Shown piece by piece: positions 35,439 through 45,779 of a stretch of 64,000 bases of DNA (the first letter of the stretch is position 1; every line of letters starts with the position of its first letter). The DNA comes from an uncultured Bacteroidales bacterium (lineage in GTDB: Bacteria; Bacteroidota; Bacteroidia; Bacteroidales; Barnesiellaceae): NCBI GenBank assembly GCA_949298955.1, contig CASFYQ010000006.1:111473-175472 (forward strand), read 5' to 3'. Below the pieces are notes generated by a model, which had not been told where the DNA came from, did no database searches, and was given only the letters and a program-made list of their open reading frames with translations. Made by a program: the position numbers and the translations under genes.

Positions 35439-36680
35439 ATGAATGCCGAGATTATTGTCATTGGCGACGAATTGCTCATCGGGCAGGTCGTCGATACCAA
35501 CTCGGGGTGGATTGCCCGTGAGTTGAATCATGTGGGGTGGGAAGTTACCGAGATTACGACTGTGCGCGACAGGGCGCGCGAGATTACCGATGCGCTCGAC
35601 AGCTCGTTTGCCCGGGTCGATGTGGTGCTGATGACCGGCGGGCTGGGCCCCACCCAAGACGATATTACCAAACAGACCCTTTGCCGCTATTTCGGCGGGA
35701 AGCTGGTTTTCAACGAGGGGGTATATGCTCATGTCGAGGAGATTTTCCGTCGTCGCAACTTGCAAATGAACAGTTCGACCCACGACCAGGCTTATGTGCC
35801 CGACGTTTGTACCGTTATCGAAAACCCCGTGGGCACGGCTCCTGTCATGTGGTTCGAGCGGGAAGGCAAGGTATTGGTGTCGATGCCGGGAGTTCCCGTT
35901 GAGATGAAGACGGTAATGAAAGAGTCGGTCATCGATCGGCTGCGCCGCCATTTCAACGACCATTCGGCTATTCTGCACCGCACCTGTTTGGTCAAGGATT
36001 TTACCGAATCGCGCCTCTCCGAGTCGCTCGCCTGCTTTGAGAAGCAGTTGCCGGCATATGTCAAGCTGGCCTATCTGCCCACGCCGGGAGTCATACGCTT
36101 GCGGTTGACGGCTCGAGGCGACGATGAGGCTCGGTTGCAGCCTGTCATCGACAGCGAATTTGCCAAGTTGAGAGTCTTGCTGGGCGAGCATCTTTTTTGC
36201 GATAGCGATGCTTCGCTGGCAGGGGCCTTGGGTCTTATGCTGGCCCGTCGCGGCGAGACGTTGGCCACGGCCGAGAGCTGCACGGGAGGGAATATCGCTC
36301 ACGAGATTACCCGGGTGGCCGGTAGCTCGGTCTATTTCAAGGGCAGCGTGGTGGCCTATTCTAATGAGGTGAAGGAGCACGTGTTGCAGGTCTCGCCTCG
36401 CACTCTCGAACAGCATGGCGCCGTGAGCCGTGAGACCGTGTTGCAGATGACCGTCGGTGTGCAGCGGTTGCTTTCGACCGATTGTGCGATAGCTACCTCG
36501 GGAATTGCCGGGCCGGGTGGTGGCACCGCCGAGAAACCGGTAGGTACGGTGTGGATTGCCGCCCGCTATGGCGAGCGCGACCGGGCCGACTGTTTCCGTT
36601 TCGAGGGAGACCGCGAACAGGTGATTGCACGAGCCACACAGTCGGCCTTGCTCATGCTGGTACAGCTTATGACCGAATAG
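35439..36680 (+). CDS. cinA: CinA family protein (MoCF-binding domain + nicotinamide-nucleotide amidase PncC domain)
   Basis: MNAEIIVIGDELLIGQVVDTNS..., then the C-terminal ...ATAESCTGG... CinA_C domain. The ORF-track start at 35136 would overlap tsaD and is rejected. Confidence 0.9.
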   Translation: MNAEIIVIGDELLIGQVVDTNSGWIARELNHVGWEVTEITTVRDRAREITDALDSSFARVDVVLMTGGLGPTQDDITKQTLCRYFGGKLVFNEGVYAHVEEIFRRRNLQMNSSTHDQAYVPDVCTVIENPVGTAPVMWFEREGKVLVSMPGVPVEMKTVMKESVIDRLRRHFNDHSAILHRTCLVKDFTESRLSESLACFEKQLPAYVKLAYLPTPGVIRLRLTARGDDEARLQPVIDSEFAKLRVLLGEHLFCDSDASLAGALGLMLARRGETLATAESCTGGNIAHEITRVAGSSVYFKGSVVAYSNEVKEHVLQVSPRTLEQHGAVSRETVLQMTVGVQRLLSTDCAIATSGIAGPGGGTAEKPVGTVWIAARYGERDRADCFRFEGDREQVIARATQSALLMLVQLMTE

Positions 36681-36801
36681 CCTGAATGAAAAAAAGTTCC
36701 TATTTTGGTTGTCTAAAATTTGGAAGCTATTCTTAAAATGCTTTACTTTGCACTCTGTTTGCGAAAGCAGTGAGAAAAAACAAATAAAATTATAGATAGC
36801 G

Positions 36802-37056
36802 ATGTCAAAGATTTGTCAAATTACAGGGAAAAAAGCAATGGTTGGCAACAACGTTTCGCACTCGAAAAGAAGAACGAAAAGAAGATTCAATGTCAACCTC
36901 TTCACAAAGAAATTTTATTGGGTAGAACAGGATTGCTGGATCACGCTTACATTGTCGGCTGCCGGTCTTCGCACTATCAATAAAATGGGTTTGGACGCAG
37001 CTCTCAAACAAGCTGCCGGAAATGGGTATTTAACTGAAGTAAAAATGTTGTATTAA
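36802..37056 (+). CDS. rpmB: 50S ribosomal protein L28
   Basis: [33 protein letters not shown]. Confidence 0.95.
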   Translation: MSKICQITGKKAMVGNNVSHSKRRTKRRFNVNLFTKKFYWVEQDCWITLTLSAAGLRTINKMGLDAALKQAAGNGYLTEVKMLY

Positions 37057-37059
37057 GAT

Positions 37060-37248
37060 ATGGCAAAGAAAGCAAAAGGTAATCGCGTTCAGGTGATCCT
37101 CGAATGTACGGAACACAAGGCTAGTGGTATGCCGGGAACATCGCGTTACATTACCACCAAAAACAGAAAAAATACCACAGAACGTTTGGAGTTGAAAAAG
37201 TACAACCCCATTCTGAAAAGAGTTACTGTACACAAAGAAATAAAATAA
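37060..37248 (+). CDS. rpmG: 50S ribosomal protein L33
   Basis: [19 protein letters not shown]...[22 protein letters not shown]. Confidence 0.95.
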   Translation: MAKKAKGNRVQVILECTEHKASGMPGTSRYITTKNRKNTTERLELKKYNPILKRVTVHKEIK

Positions 37249-37262
37249 GGAAGGATTGAACC

Positions 37263-37415
37263 ATGGCAAAGAAAACAGTTGCATCGTTGCAAAAAGGCGA
37301 AGGCCGTACTTATTCGAAAGTAATCAAAATGGTGAAATCGCCGAAGACGGGAGCTTACATCTTCCAAGAGGAAATGGTTCCCAACGAATCGGTGAAAGAT
37401 GTACTTAGTAAGTAA
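37263..37415 (+). CDS. DUF4295-family small protein (50 aa), the usual third member of the Bacteroidota rpmB-rpmG cluster
   Basis: Not in the ORF track (under 60 aa). My translation: MAKKTVASLQKGEGRTYSKVIKMVKSPKTGAYIFQEEMVPNESVKDVLSK*. It starts 15 nt after rpmG. Confidence 0.75.
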   Translation: MAKKTVASLQKGEGRTYSKVIKMVKSPKTGAYIFQEEMVPNESVKDVLSK

Positions 37416-37547
37416 GTCATAATTAGCAAAATATAAAGAAAACTTTCTTATACAAAATGTGTAAGGAAGTTTTTTTTTACCATGATAATTTTATAGCTTT
37501 GCATAAAACGCGGCAACTCCGCACGGTTGCATTTTAAATGTTCGTAT

Positions 37548-38501
37548 ATGGGATTGTTTGATTTCTTTTCGAAAGAAAAAAAAGAGACGCTGGACAAAGG
37601 TCTCTCCAAAACCAAAGAGGGCGTGTTTTCCAAGTTGGCCCGCATTGTCGCCGGCAAGTCGCAGGTCGACGATGCCATTTTGGACGATTTGGAAGAGGTG
37701 CTCATAACCTCGGATGTGGGTGTAGAGACGACGTTGCGCATTATTGAACGGATAGAAAAACGAGTTGCTCGTGACAAATATGTCAACACGACCGAGCTGA
37801 ACAAAATTCTTCGCGAAGAGATTACGGCATTGTTGACCGAGAATGGTGTGGAAGAGGAGGGCGAGTTTACCGTACCTGCCGACAAAAAACCCTATGTGAT
37901 TATGGTCGTAGGTGTGAACGGTGTGGGCAAGACCACCACGATAGGAAAAATGGCCTATCAGTACAAGAAACGCGGCAACAGTGTCTATTTGGGGGCCGCC
38001 GATACTTTCCGGGCCGCTGCTGTCGAGCAGTTGATGATTTGGGGCGAGCGGGTAGGAGTGCCTGTGGTGAAACAGAAGATGGGCGCCGACCCGGCATCGG
38101 TGGCTTTCGATACCCTTAGCTCGGCCAAGGCCAACAACGCCGATGTGGTGATTATCGACACGGCGGGCCGCCTGCACAACAAACTGAATCTGATGAACGA
38201 GCTCACCAAGATCAAGAAGGTGATGGAGAAGATTGTTCCCGGCGCACCGCACGAAGTGCTGCTGGTGCTCGACGGTTCCACCGGTCAAAATGCCTTCGAG
38301 CAGGCCAAGCAGTTCACGGCAGCCACCGAGGTGAACGAGTTGGCTATCACCAAACTCGACGGAACGGCCAAGGGTGGTGTGGTTATCGGCATATCCGACC
38401 ATTTCAAGATACCGGTCAAGTATATCGGGCTGGGCGAGGGTATGGAAGATTTGCAGGTATTCCGCCGTAAAGAGTTTGTCGACTCTCTGTTCGGTGATTG
38501 A
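37548..38501 (+). CDS. ftsY: Signal recognition particle receptor FtsY
   Basis: NG domain motifs GVNGVGKTT, DTAGR, TKLDGTAKGG. Confidence 0.93.
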   Translation: MGLFDFFSKEKKETLDKGLSKTKEGVFSKLARIVAGKSQVDDAILDDLEEVLITSDVGVETTLRIIERIEKRVARDKYVNTTELNKILREEITALLTENGVEEEGEFTVPADKKPYVIMVVGVNGVGKTTTIGKMAYQYKKRGNSVYLGAADTFRAAAVEQLMIWGERVGVPVVKQKMGADPASVAFDTLSSAKANNADVVIIDTAGRLHNKLNLMNELTKIKKVMEKIVPGAPHEVLLVLDGSTGQNAFEQAKQFTAATEVNELAITKLDGTAKGGVVIGISDHFKIPVKYIGLGEGMEDLQVFRRKEFVDSLFGD

Positions 38502-38575
38502 TTTTTGAATTTCAGGTTTACGGCTGGGGAGTCGCGCAAGACTCTCGCGGCCGTCTTTTTTTCATGTAGTGTCAA

Positions 38576-39874
38576 ATGATAAAAAATAGCGTCGATATTA
38601 TTACGTTGGGCTGTTCCAAGAATCTGGTCGATTCGGAGCGGCTCTTGCATCGTTTTGCCGAAGCCGGTTACAAAGTGCGGCACGACCCCGAGAAGGTCTC
38701 GAGCGAGTATGTGGTCGTCAATACCTGCGGTTTTATCGGTGATGCCAAAGAGGAGTCTATCGAGATGATTTTGCAGATGGTCGAGGCCAAGAAGGCCCGC
38801 AAGATACGCCGCCTCTATGTGATGGGTTGCCTCTCGCAGCGTTACCGCGAAGAACTGGAAGCCGAGATTCCCGAGGTGGACAAGTTTTACGGGAAATTCG
38901 ATTGGACCGACCTGCTTACCGACTTGGGCGCCGGCAACGACGACGCCAAGGATTTCGGTCGCATACTCACCACCCCCCCGCATTATGCCTATGTGAAGAT
39001 TGCCGAGGGGTGCAACCGCTTCTGCTCCTATTGTGCAATACCGCTCATTACCGGGCGATTTGTCTCTTATCCCATGGACGAGTTGCTCGACGAGGTGCGC
39101 TCGCTGGTTGCCCAAGGGGTAAAGGAGTTCCAGATTATCGCACAAGATCTTTCGTCCTATGGTCTCGACCTCTACGGCGAGTTGAAATTGCCTGAGCTTA
39201 TCGACCGCATGGCTCAAATCCCGGGGGTGAAATGGATTCGTCTGCACTATGCCTATCCCTCGCAATTTCCTTACGAAATCTTGCCGGTGATGCGCCGCCA
39301 TGCCAATGTGTGTAACTACCTCGACATCGCTTTGCAGCATATCAGCGATCATATACTCACCGATATGCGTCGCCATGTGACCAAGCAAGAGACCTATGAA
39401 CTATTAAGACGCATACGGGCCGAGGTGCCCGGTATTCATATCCGCACCACCCTCATGGTGGGATACCCCGGCGAGACCGACGAGGATTTCGAGGAGCTGA
39501 AACAATTTGTGCGCGAGGCCCGGTTTGAGCGTATGGGGGCCTTTGCCTATTCCGAGGAGGAGGGCACCTATGCCGCTAAACATTTCCCCGACTCGATTCC
39601 CGAGGAGGTGAAGCAGGCCCGGCTCGACGAGCTGATGGCTTTGCAGGAAGAGGTGGCTTTGGAGAGTAACCGAGCAAAGGTGGGGCAGGAGTTTGAGGTG
39701 ATGGTCGACCGTGAGGAAGATGATTACTATGTGGGCCGTACCGAATACGACTCGCCCGAGGTCGACCCCGAGGTTCTTATTGCCAAGACCCACTCACTGC
39801 CTGTCGGCGAGTTCTGCCGGGTGAAGATTGTCGAGGCCATGCCCTTTGAACTCATGGCCGAGCCGGTCGAGTAG
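38576..39874 (+). CDS. rimO: Ribosomal protein S12 methylthiotransferase RimO
   Basis: N-terminal UPF0004 Cys triad (LGCSKN...NTCGF), radical SAM CNRFCSYC, C-terminal TRAM domain. Confidence 0.93.
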   Translation: MIKNSVDIITLGCSKNLVDSERLLHRFAEAGYKVRHDPEKVSSEYVVVNTCGFIGDAKEESIEMILQMVEAKKARKIRRLYVMGCLSQRYREELEAEIPEVDKFYGKFDWTDLLTDLGAGNDDAKDFGRILTTPPHYAYVKIAEGCNRFCSYCAIPLITGRFVSYPMDELLDEVRSLVAQGVKEFQIIAQDLSSYGLDLYGELKLPELIDRMAQIPGVKWIRLHYAYPSQFPYEILPVMRRHANVCNYLDIALQHISDHILTDMRRHVTKQETYELLRRIRAEVPGIHIRTTLMVGYPGETDEDFEELKQFVREARFERMGAFAYSEEEGTYAAKHFPDSIPEEVKQARLDELMALQEEVALESNRAKVGQEFEVMVDREEDDYYVGRTEYDSPEVDPEVLIAKTHSLPVGEFCRVKIVEAMPFELMAEPVE

Positions 39875-39896
39875 AATTACCAAATTTCCCGTGGTT

Positions 39897-40991
39897 ATGG
39901 ACAATGCAGCTTCTGTCATATCTCTGTTGACGCAGGCTATCGGGCAGAGTCTCGATAGCCGTTTCCCGGCTTATGCTTTTCGGTTGCCGGGCGAGACGAC
40001 CTTTTATTGGGGTTCCTGTTCTGTCGGCGATATGGTCGCTCTCTCGGACGAGGGTCTCTCTGAGGGACAGGAGGGTTTTCTCTTTGCACCCTTCGATCGG
40101 GGGGAGTTTCCCTCTCTCTTTTTCCCGGTGAAATCGATGCCGGCCGAGGCCATCGATCGGGAACAGTTTAAATGCCATGCAGGCCTTCTTGCAGCCGACG
40201 ATGCTACGATACCGTCGGTAGATTGCGATTATACATCGTATTCCAGTCAGGCTCAAATGCTTATCGAGGCTATGATTCGAGGCGAGTTACGAAAGGCGGT
40301 GCTCTCGCGCACGGTGACTCTGCGTCGCCCGACGGTTTCCGATGCCGAACTCTTCCTGCGGTTGGCAGCGAAATATCCCATGGCCTTTGTCAGCTGGGTG
40401 CATCTGCCCGGGCGGGGCCGCTGGATAGGTGCCACACCCGAGACTCTGCTCGATTACGACGGGCGTATGTTGTCGACCATGGCATTGGCCGGAACTCGCA
40501 AAGCCGGCGCTCCGGGAGAGTGGGGGCAGAAGGAGCTGGAAGAGCAGCAGATTGTGACCGACTCGATTGTGGCCGCACTCAAAAGCCGGGGTCTGGCTCC
40601 GGTCGTAGGCGACCGATTCACCCGGGTGGCCGCCCAGGTCGAGCATTTATGCACCCCCATTTCGGCCGAGGTTCGTTTGAGTGGTGACCGGCTGAACGAG
40701 ATACTGTGTGCACTGCACCCTACACCGGCCGTCGGGGGGTATCCCAAAGCCGAGGCAAAGGCTTGGATCGATCGAGTGGAGCCGCATAGGCGCCGCTATT
40801 ACGGCGGCTATCTGGGGCCTGTACGAGTTGACGGAGTGCGTTTGTTTGTCAATTTGCGTTGTTTGGAAGCGAATAATTCGCTTTTGAGATTGTATGTGGG
40901 GGGCGGCCTGACGGCACAATCGCAACCCGCCAGTGAGTGGTGCGAGACCGAAGCCAAGGCACAGACGCTGCTCTCGGTCATAAACGGTTAA
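39897..40991 (+). CDS. menF: Isochorismate synthase
   Basis: Chorismate-binding C-terminal half (...LHPTPAVGGYP...YYGGYLGP...) and position at the head of the men cluster. Confidence 0.88.
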   Translation: MDNAASVISLLTQAIGQSLDSRFPAYAFRLPGETTFYWGSCSVGDMVALSDEGLSEGQEGFLFAPFDRGEFPSLFFPVKSMPAEAIDREQFKCHAGLLAADDATIPSVDCDYTSYSSQAQMLIEAMIRGELRKAVLSRTVTLRRPTVSDAELFLRLAAKYPMAFVSWVHLPGRGRWIGATPETLLDYDGRMLSTMALAGTRKAGAPGEWGQKELEEQQIVTDSIVAALKSRGLAPVVGDRFTRVAAQVEHLCTPISAEVRLSGDRLNEILCALHPTPAVGGYPKAEAKAWIDRVEPHRRRYYGGYLGPVRVDGVRLFVNLRCLEANNSLLRLYVGGGLTAQSQPASEWCETEAKAQTLLSVING

Positions 40992-41004
40992 TCGAATAGA
41001 ATGT

Positions 41005-42690
41005 ATGAAAACAACAGATAAACAGGGCTGCAATGCCCTTGTCGAGATTTTGGCCAAGCAGGGAGTGAAACGGGCGGTACTCTCGCCCGGGTCGCGAAAT
41101 GCGCCTGTGCTGATGGCTTTTTCGCGTTCGTCGGCAATCGAGACCTATGTGGTGGTCGATGAGCGCACGGCTGCTTTCATGGCGCTGGGCATGTCGCAGC
41201 GCAGCGGCGAACCGGTGGCACTGGTCTGTACCTCGGGTTCGGCTTTGCTCAATTATGCTCCGGCTGTGGCCGAAGCTTATTACCAGCATATCCCGTTGGT
41301 GGTTATTTCGGGCGATCGCCCCATCGAGTGGATTGACCAGGACGACGGGCAGACTTTGCGACAGTACGGGGCTTTGTCTCACATCGTGAAACGGTCGTAT
41401 GACTTGCGGGCCGAGTGGACTTTGCCTACCGATGGCTGGTATTTCAACCGTTGTGTAAACGATGCGGTGCTCACGGCCCTTGCGGGAGAAGCGGGGCCTG
41501 TACACATCAATCTCTCCATTACCGAACCGCTCACCGGCGAGATTGATGCGACACCGCGTCACGAGCGGTTGGTCATGCGAGTCCCCTCGGCGGGTTTGCC
41601 CGACGAAGAAGCCCTTTCGTCTCTGAGCCACGAGTTCATGTCGGCCCATAAGGTGCTTGTTGTGGCCGCTTTCATGCAACCCGACGTGGCGTTGAGTCAA
41701 GCTCTTGCCCGGTTGGCCGAGCTGCCCCAGGTGGTGGTGCTCACCGAGTCTATCGCCAATGTGCAGGGCGATAGGTTTATCCCCACCATCGATCGGGTTT
41801 ACTCGGTCATTGACAAAAGCGAGTGGCCCGATTTTGCTCCCGATCTGCTCGTCACCTTGGGCGGTTCGCTGGTATCGCGCATGATTAAGGCTTTTTTACG
41901 ACAACACAAACCCCTGGCACACTGGCGCATTTCACAGGGCGACCATGTGGTCGACACCCTGCAAGCGCTCACTCGCCACATCGATGCTTCGCCCGCCCGT
42001 TTTCTCGATGCAATCGTTCGCCGGGTTGCCCCGGTCGAGAGCGATTTCTCGACTCGTTGGCACGATAAGGAACAGTTGGCCACTCGTTTGCACGACGATT
42101 ATATCGCTCGTATCGGGTGGTGCGACTTGAAAGCTTTCTCGCTGATTCTGCCTGCGATTCCGGGCGGTACCGCTCTGCAACTCTCCAACGGGACTACGGT
42201 GCGTTATGCCCAGCTTTTCGATACCCCGCAGGTAAGTCGTAGCGACTGCAATCGCGGGGTGTGCGGCATCGACGGTTCTACTTCGACAGCAGCCGGAGCC
42301 GCTTGTGTGGGCGATGAGCCAACGGTCTTCATTACGGGCGACATGAGTTTTTCCTATGACGTGAACGGGCTTTCGGTGGCTTGTCTGCCACCTCGGTTCA
42401 AGGCGATTGTCATGTGTAACGGCGGAGGTGGTATCTTCCGCTTTATCAAGCCCACGGCCGGGTTGCCCGAACTGGAACGCTGCTTCGAGGTGCACCGCGA
42501 GATTCCCGTGGAGAAATATGCCGACCTCTTCGGGCTGCGGTATTTCGAGATTCACGACGAGGCTTCGGCAGCCGAGGTATTACCCCGTTTTTTCGCCGAG
42601 AACGAGCGTCCCGCAATCTTGGCGGTGCATACGCCCAACGTCTATAATGCCGAGGTGTTGCGAGGCTATTTCCGTCGGGCCCGGCAGTGA
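41005..42690 (+). CDS. menD: SEPHCHC synthase (2-succinyl-5-enolpyruvyl-6-hydroxy-3-cyclohexene-1-carboxylate synthase)
   Basis: ThDP-enzyme architecture (SPGSRNAP..., GDxSFxYD... ThDP motif [11 protein letters not shown]). Confidence 0.92.
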   Translation: MKTTDKQGCNALVEILAKQGVKRAVLSPGSRNAPVLMAFSRSSAIETYVVVDERTAAFMALGMSQRSGEPVALVCTSGSALLNYAPAVAEAYYQHIPLVVISGDRPIEWIDQDDGQTLRQYGALSHIVKRSYDLRAEWTLPTDGWYFNRCVNDAVLTALAGEAGPVHINLSITEPLTGEIDATPRHERLVMRVPSAGLPDEEALSSLSHEFMSAHKVLVVAAFMQPDVALSQALARLAELPQVVVLTESIANVQGDRFIPTIDRVYSVIDKSEWPDFAPDLLVTLGGSLVSRMIKAFLRQHKPLAHWRISQGDHVVDTLQALTRHIDASPARFLDAIVRRVAPVESDFSTRWHDKEQLATRLHDDYIARIGWCDLKAFSLILPAIPGGTALQLSNGTTVRYAQLFDTPQVSRSDCNRGVCGIDGSTSTAAGAACVGDEPTVFITGDMSFSYDVNGLSVACLPPRFKAIVMCNGGGGIFRFIKPTAGLPELERCFEVHREIPVEKYADLFGLRYFEIHDEASAAEVLPRFFAENERPAILAVHTPNVYNAEVLRGYFRRARQ

Positions 42691-42725
42691 TAATATTGAA
42701 TATTGGAATATTAAAACGACACGAT

Positions 42726-43550
<825 letters not shown>

Positions 43551-43551
43551 G

Positions 43552-44601
43552 ATGCTGAAAGCGACTTATACGCCCTATACGCTTCGTTTCAAGGTGCCGA
43601 GCGGAACCTCGCGCGGTGTCCTCACCGAGAAGGAGACCTATTTTATCAAGGTATGGGACGATGCCGACCCCGGCCATTTCGGGTTGGGCGAGTGTGCTCT
43701 CTTTCGAGGGCTTGGTGCCGACGACCGCCCCGAATATGAGAGCATGTTGCAGCAGGTATGCCGAGAAATCGACCGCTACGAAAACCTCGACCTCACGGCG
43801 TGGAGCTCGATACGTTTCGGGGCTGAGACTGCTTTGGCCGACTGGCGTAACGGGGGGCATCGGGTCATATTCCCGTCCGATTTTGCAACGGGCGGACGGG
43901 GTATCGTCATCAACGGGCTGATATGGATGGGCGACAAGCGCACCATGGCGGCACGTATCGAAGAGAAACTGGCGGCAGGATTTTCGTGCATCAAGTTGAA
44001 GATTGGAGCCATCGATTTTGACGATGAATGCGAATTGCTCGACTTTATCCGTCGGCGATATTCTCGCGAACTTATCGAGCTGCGGGTCGATGCCAACGGC
44101 GCTTTTGCCCCTGAACGGGCGTTGGAGTATCTGAAACGCCTCTCGGCTTATGATTTGCACTCCATCGAGCAGCCCATACGAGCCGGGCAGTGGGAGGCAA
44201 TGGCCCGCCTGTGCGAAGCTTCGCCTCTGCCCATCGCTCTCGACGAGGAGTTGATAGGAGTGAATGATTCCATCGCAAAAATCGAGCTTTTGAAAACCAT
44301 TTCACCGCAATATATCGTGTTGAAGCCCTCGCTCATCGGTGGCTTCTCGGGTACGCACGAGTGGATTGAGGCGGCTCGGACCTGTGGGGCCGGGTGGTGG
44401 ATTACCTCGGCGCTGGAGTCGAATGTGGGGCTGAATGCCATTGCCCAGTTCACCGCCACACTCCCCGTGGATATGCCGCAGGGGCTGGGAACCGGTGCAC
44501 TTTATACCAACAATATACCTTCGCCGCTCGAGCAGGTGGGCGAGATATTGCGATATAACCCCGAGCGAGAGTGGATTTTTTCGATGGATTCATGGAAATA
44601 A
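43552..44601 (+). CDS. menC: o-Succinylbenzoate synthase (enolase superfamily)
   Basis: Enolase-superfamily metal ligands pattern (KLKIG, DANGA, IEQP, LDEE) and men context. Starts 2 nt after the menB stop. Confidence 0.85.
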   Translation: MLKATYTPYTLRFKVPSGTSRGVLTEKETYFIKVWDDADPGHFGLGECALFRGLGADDRPEYESMLQQVCREIDRYENLDLTAWSSIRFGAETALADWRNGGHRVIFPSDFATGGRGIVINGLIWMGDKRTMAARIEEKLAAGFSCIKLKIGAIDFDDECELLDFIRRRYSRELIELRVDANGAFAPERALEYLKRLSAYDLHSIEQPIRAGQWEAMARLCEASPLPIALDEELIGVNDSIAKIELLKTISPQYIVLKPSLIGGFSGTHEWIEAARTCGAGWWITSALESNVGLNAIAQFTATLPVDMPQGLGTGALYTNNIPSPLEQVGEILRYNPEREWIFSMDSWK

Positions 44602-45611
44602 CACTCAATCACCGCATTTGCCGCACCCGCGACGAGGTGCTGGCCGCAGCCACTCCGCAGGTGGCCGACTTTCTCGACGAATGGTTTTCGCCGACCGATT
44701 TTGTGTGGGGACACACCTCGGGCTCGACCGGGACTCCCAAGCCCTTGAAGTTGTTGAAACGCGACATGGAGGAGTCGGCCCGGCTCACGCTCGATTTCTT
44801 TGGCATCACTTTGGGCACGACCATGCTGTTGTGCCTCTCGCCCGACTACATCGCCGGGAAGATGATGATTGTGCGAGCACTCCTCTCGGGGGCCGATTTG
44901 CTGGTGGTGTCGCCGTCGTCCCTGCCATTTTCGACTATCGACGAGCCGGTCGATTTTGCCGCTCTCGTTCCGGCGCAGGTGGTCGAGTCGTTGCGTGACG
45001 ATACACAACGGGAGCGGTTGTCCCGCACAGGTTCGCTCATTATTGGCGGAGCTCCGCTTTCGCCTGCCGCCGAAGCCCGGTTGTCCGAGCTTCCCGTACA
45101 CGCTTACGCTACCTATGGCATGACCGAAACAGTATCGCATGTGGCTCTGCGCTGCATAGGCGATTCCTCAATGAGTTATCGGGCATTGGGCAATATCACC
45201 TTTACAGTCGACGAACGCGACTGTCTGGTCATTCACACGCCCCATTTTGCCGTAAAACAATTTGTTACTAACGATGTCGTATCGCTTGCCGACGAGCGCA
45301 CCTTTCGTTGGATAGGCCGGTATGACCATGTAATCAACAGCGGGGGAGTTAAGATATTTCCCGAGCGGGTCGAGCAGAAAATCGCCGCATTGTTTACTCG
45401 CCGCTTTTTCATTATCGCTTGTGCCGATGAGAAATGGGGCGAGTGTGTGGCTTTGGCGATAGAGGGAGACCCTCTGCCATGGGCCGACGAGGTTGCTTTG
45501 CTCGCACGCATTCGGGCCGCTGTCGACCGTTATGAGGTGCCGCGGCGGGTCGTTTATCTGCCGGTATTTGCCGAGACCTCGTCGGGCAAGGTGATTCGGC
45601 ACCTCCCTTGA
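44592..45611 (+). CDS. menE: o-Succinylbenzoate-CoA ligase (short Bacteroidales-type AMP-binding enzyme)
   Basis: AMP-binding motif TSGSTGTPK, YGMTET, SGGVKIFP. The start is at 44571 or 44592; both overlap the menC 3' end. Confidence 0.85.
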   Translation: MEITLNHRICRTRDEVLAAATPQVADFLDEWFSPTDFVWGHTSGSTGTPKPLKLLKRDMEESARLTLDFFGITLGTTMLLCLSPDYIAGKMMIVRALLSGADLLVVSPSSLPFSTIDEPVDFAALVPAQVVESLRDDTQRERLSRTGSLIIGGAPLSPAAEARLSELPVHAYATYGMTETVSHVALRCIGDSSMSYRALGNITFTVDERDCLVIHTPHFAVKQFVTNDVVSLADERTFRWIGRYDHVINSGGVKIFPERVEQKIAALFTRRFFIIACADEKWGECVALAIEGDPLPWADEVALLARIRAAVDRYEVPRRVVYLPVFAETSSGKVIRHLP

Positions 45612-45779
45612 TTGCTCGGCGGTCAATTCTCGGTTGGAAGCCTCTATCTATGCTTTTTTTGCCTGCTTTTTTGCCTGAGTCTTAAAATTTTTTTGTCGGG
45701 CGGTGTTGGAGGAAATCGAATTTATGTATACCTTTGACACGATAATATAATTGTTCAATCACATTTTGCTATTTTAGTC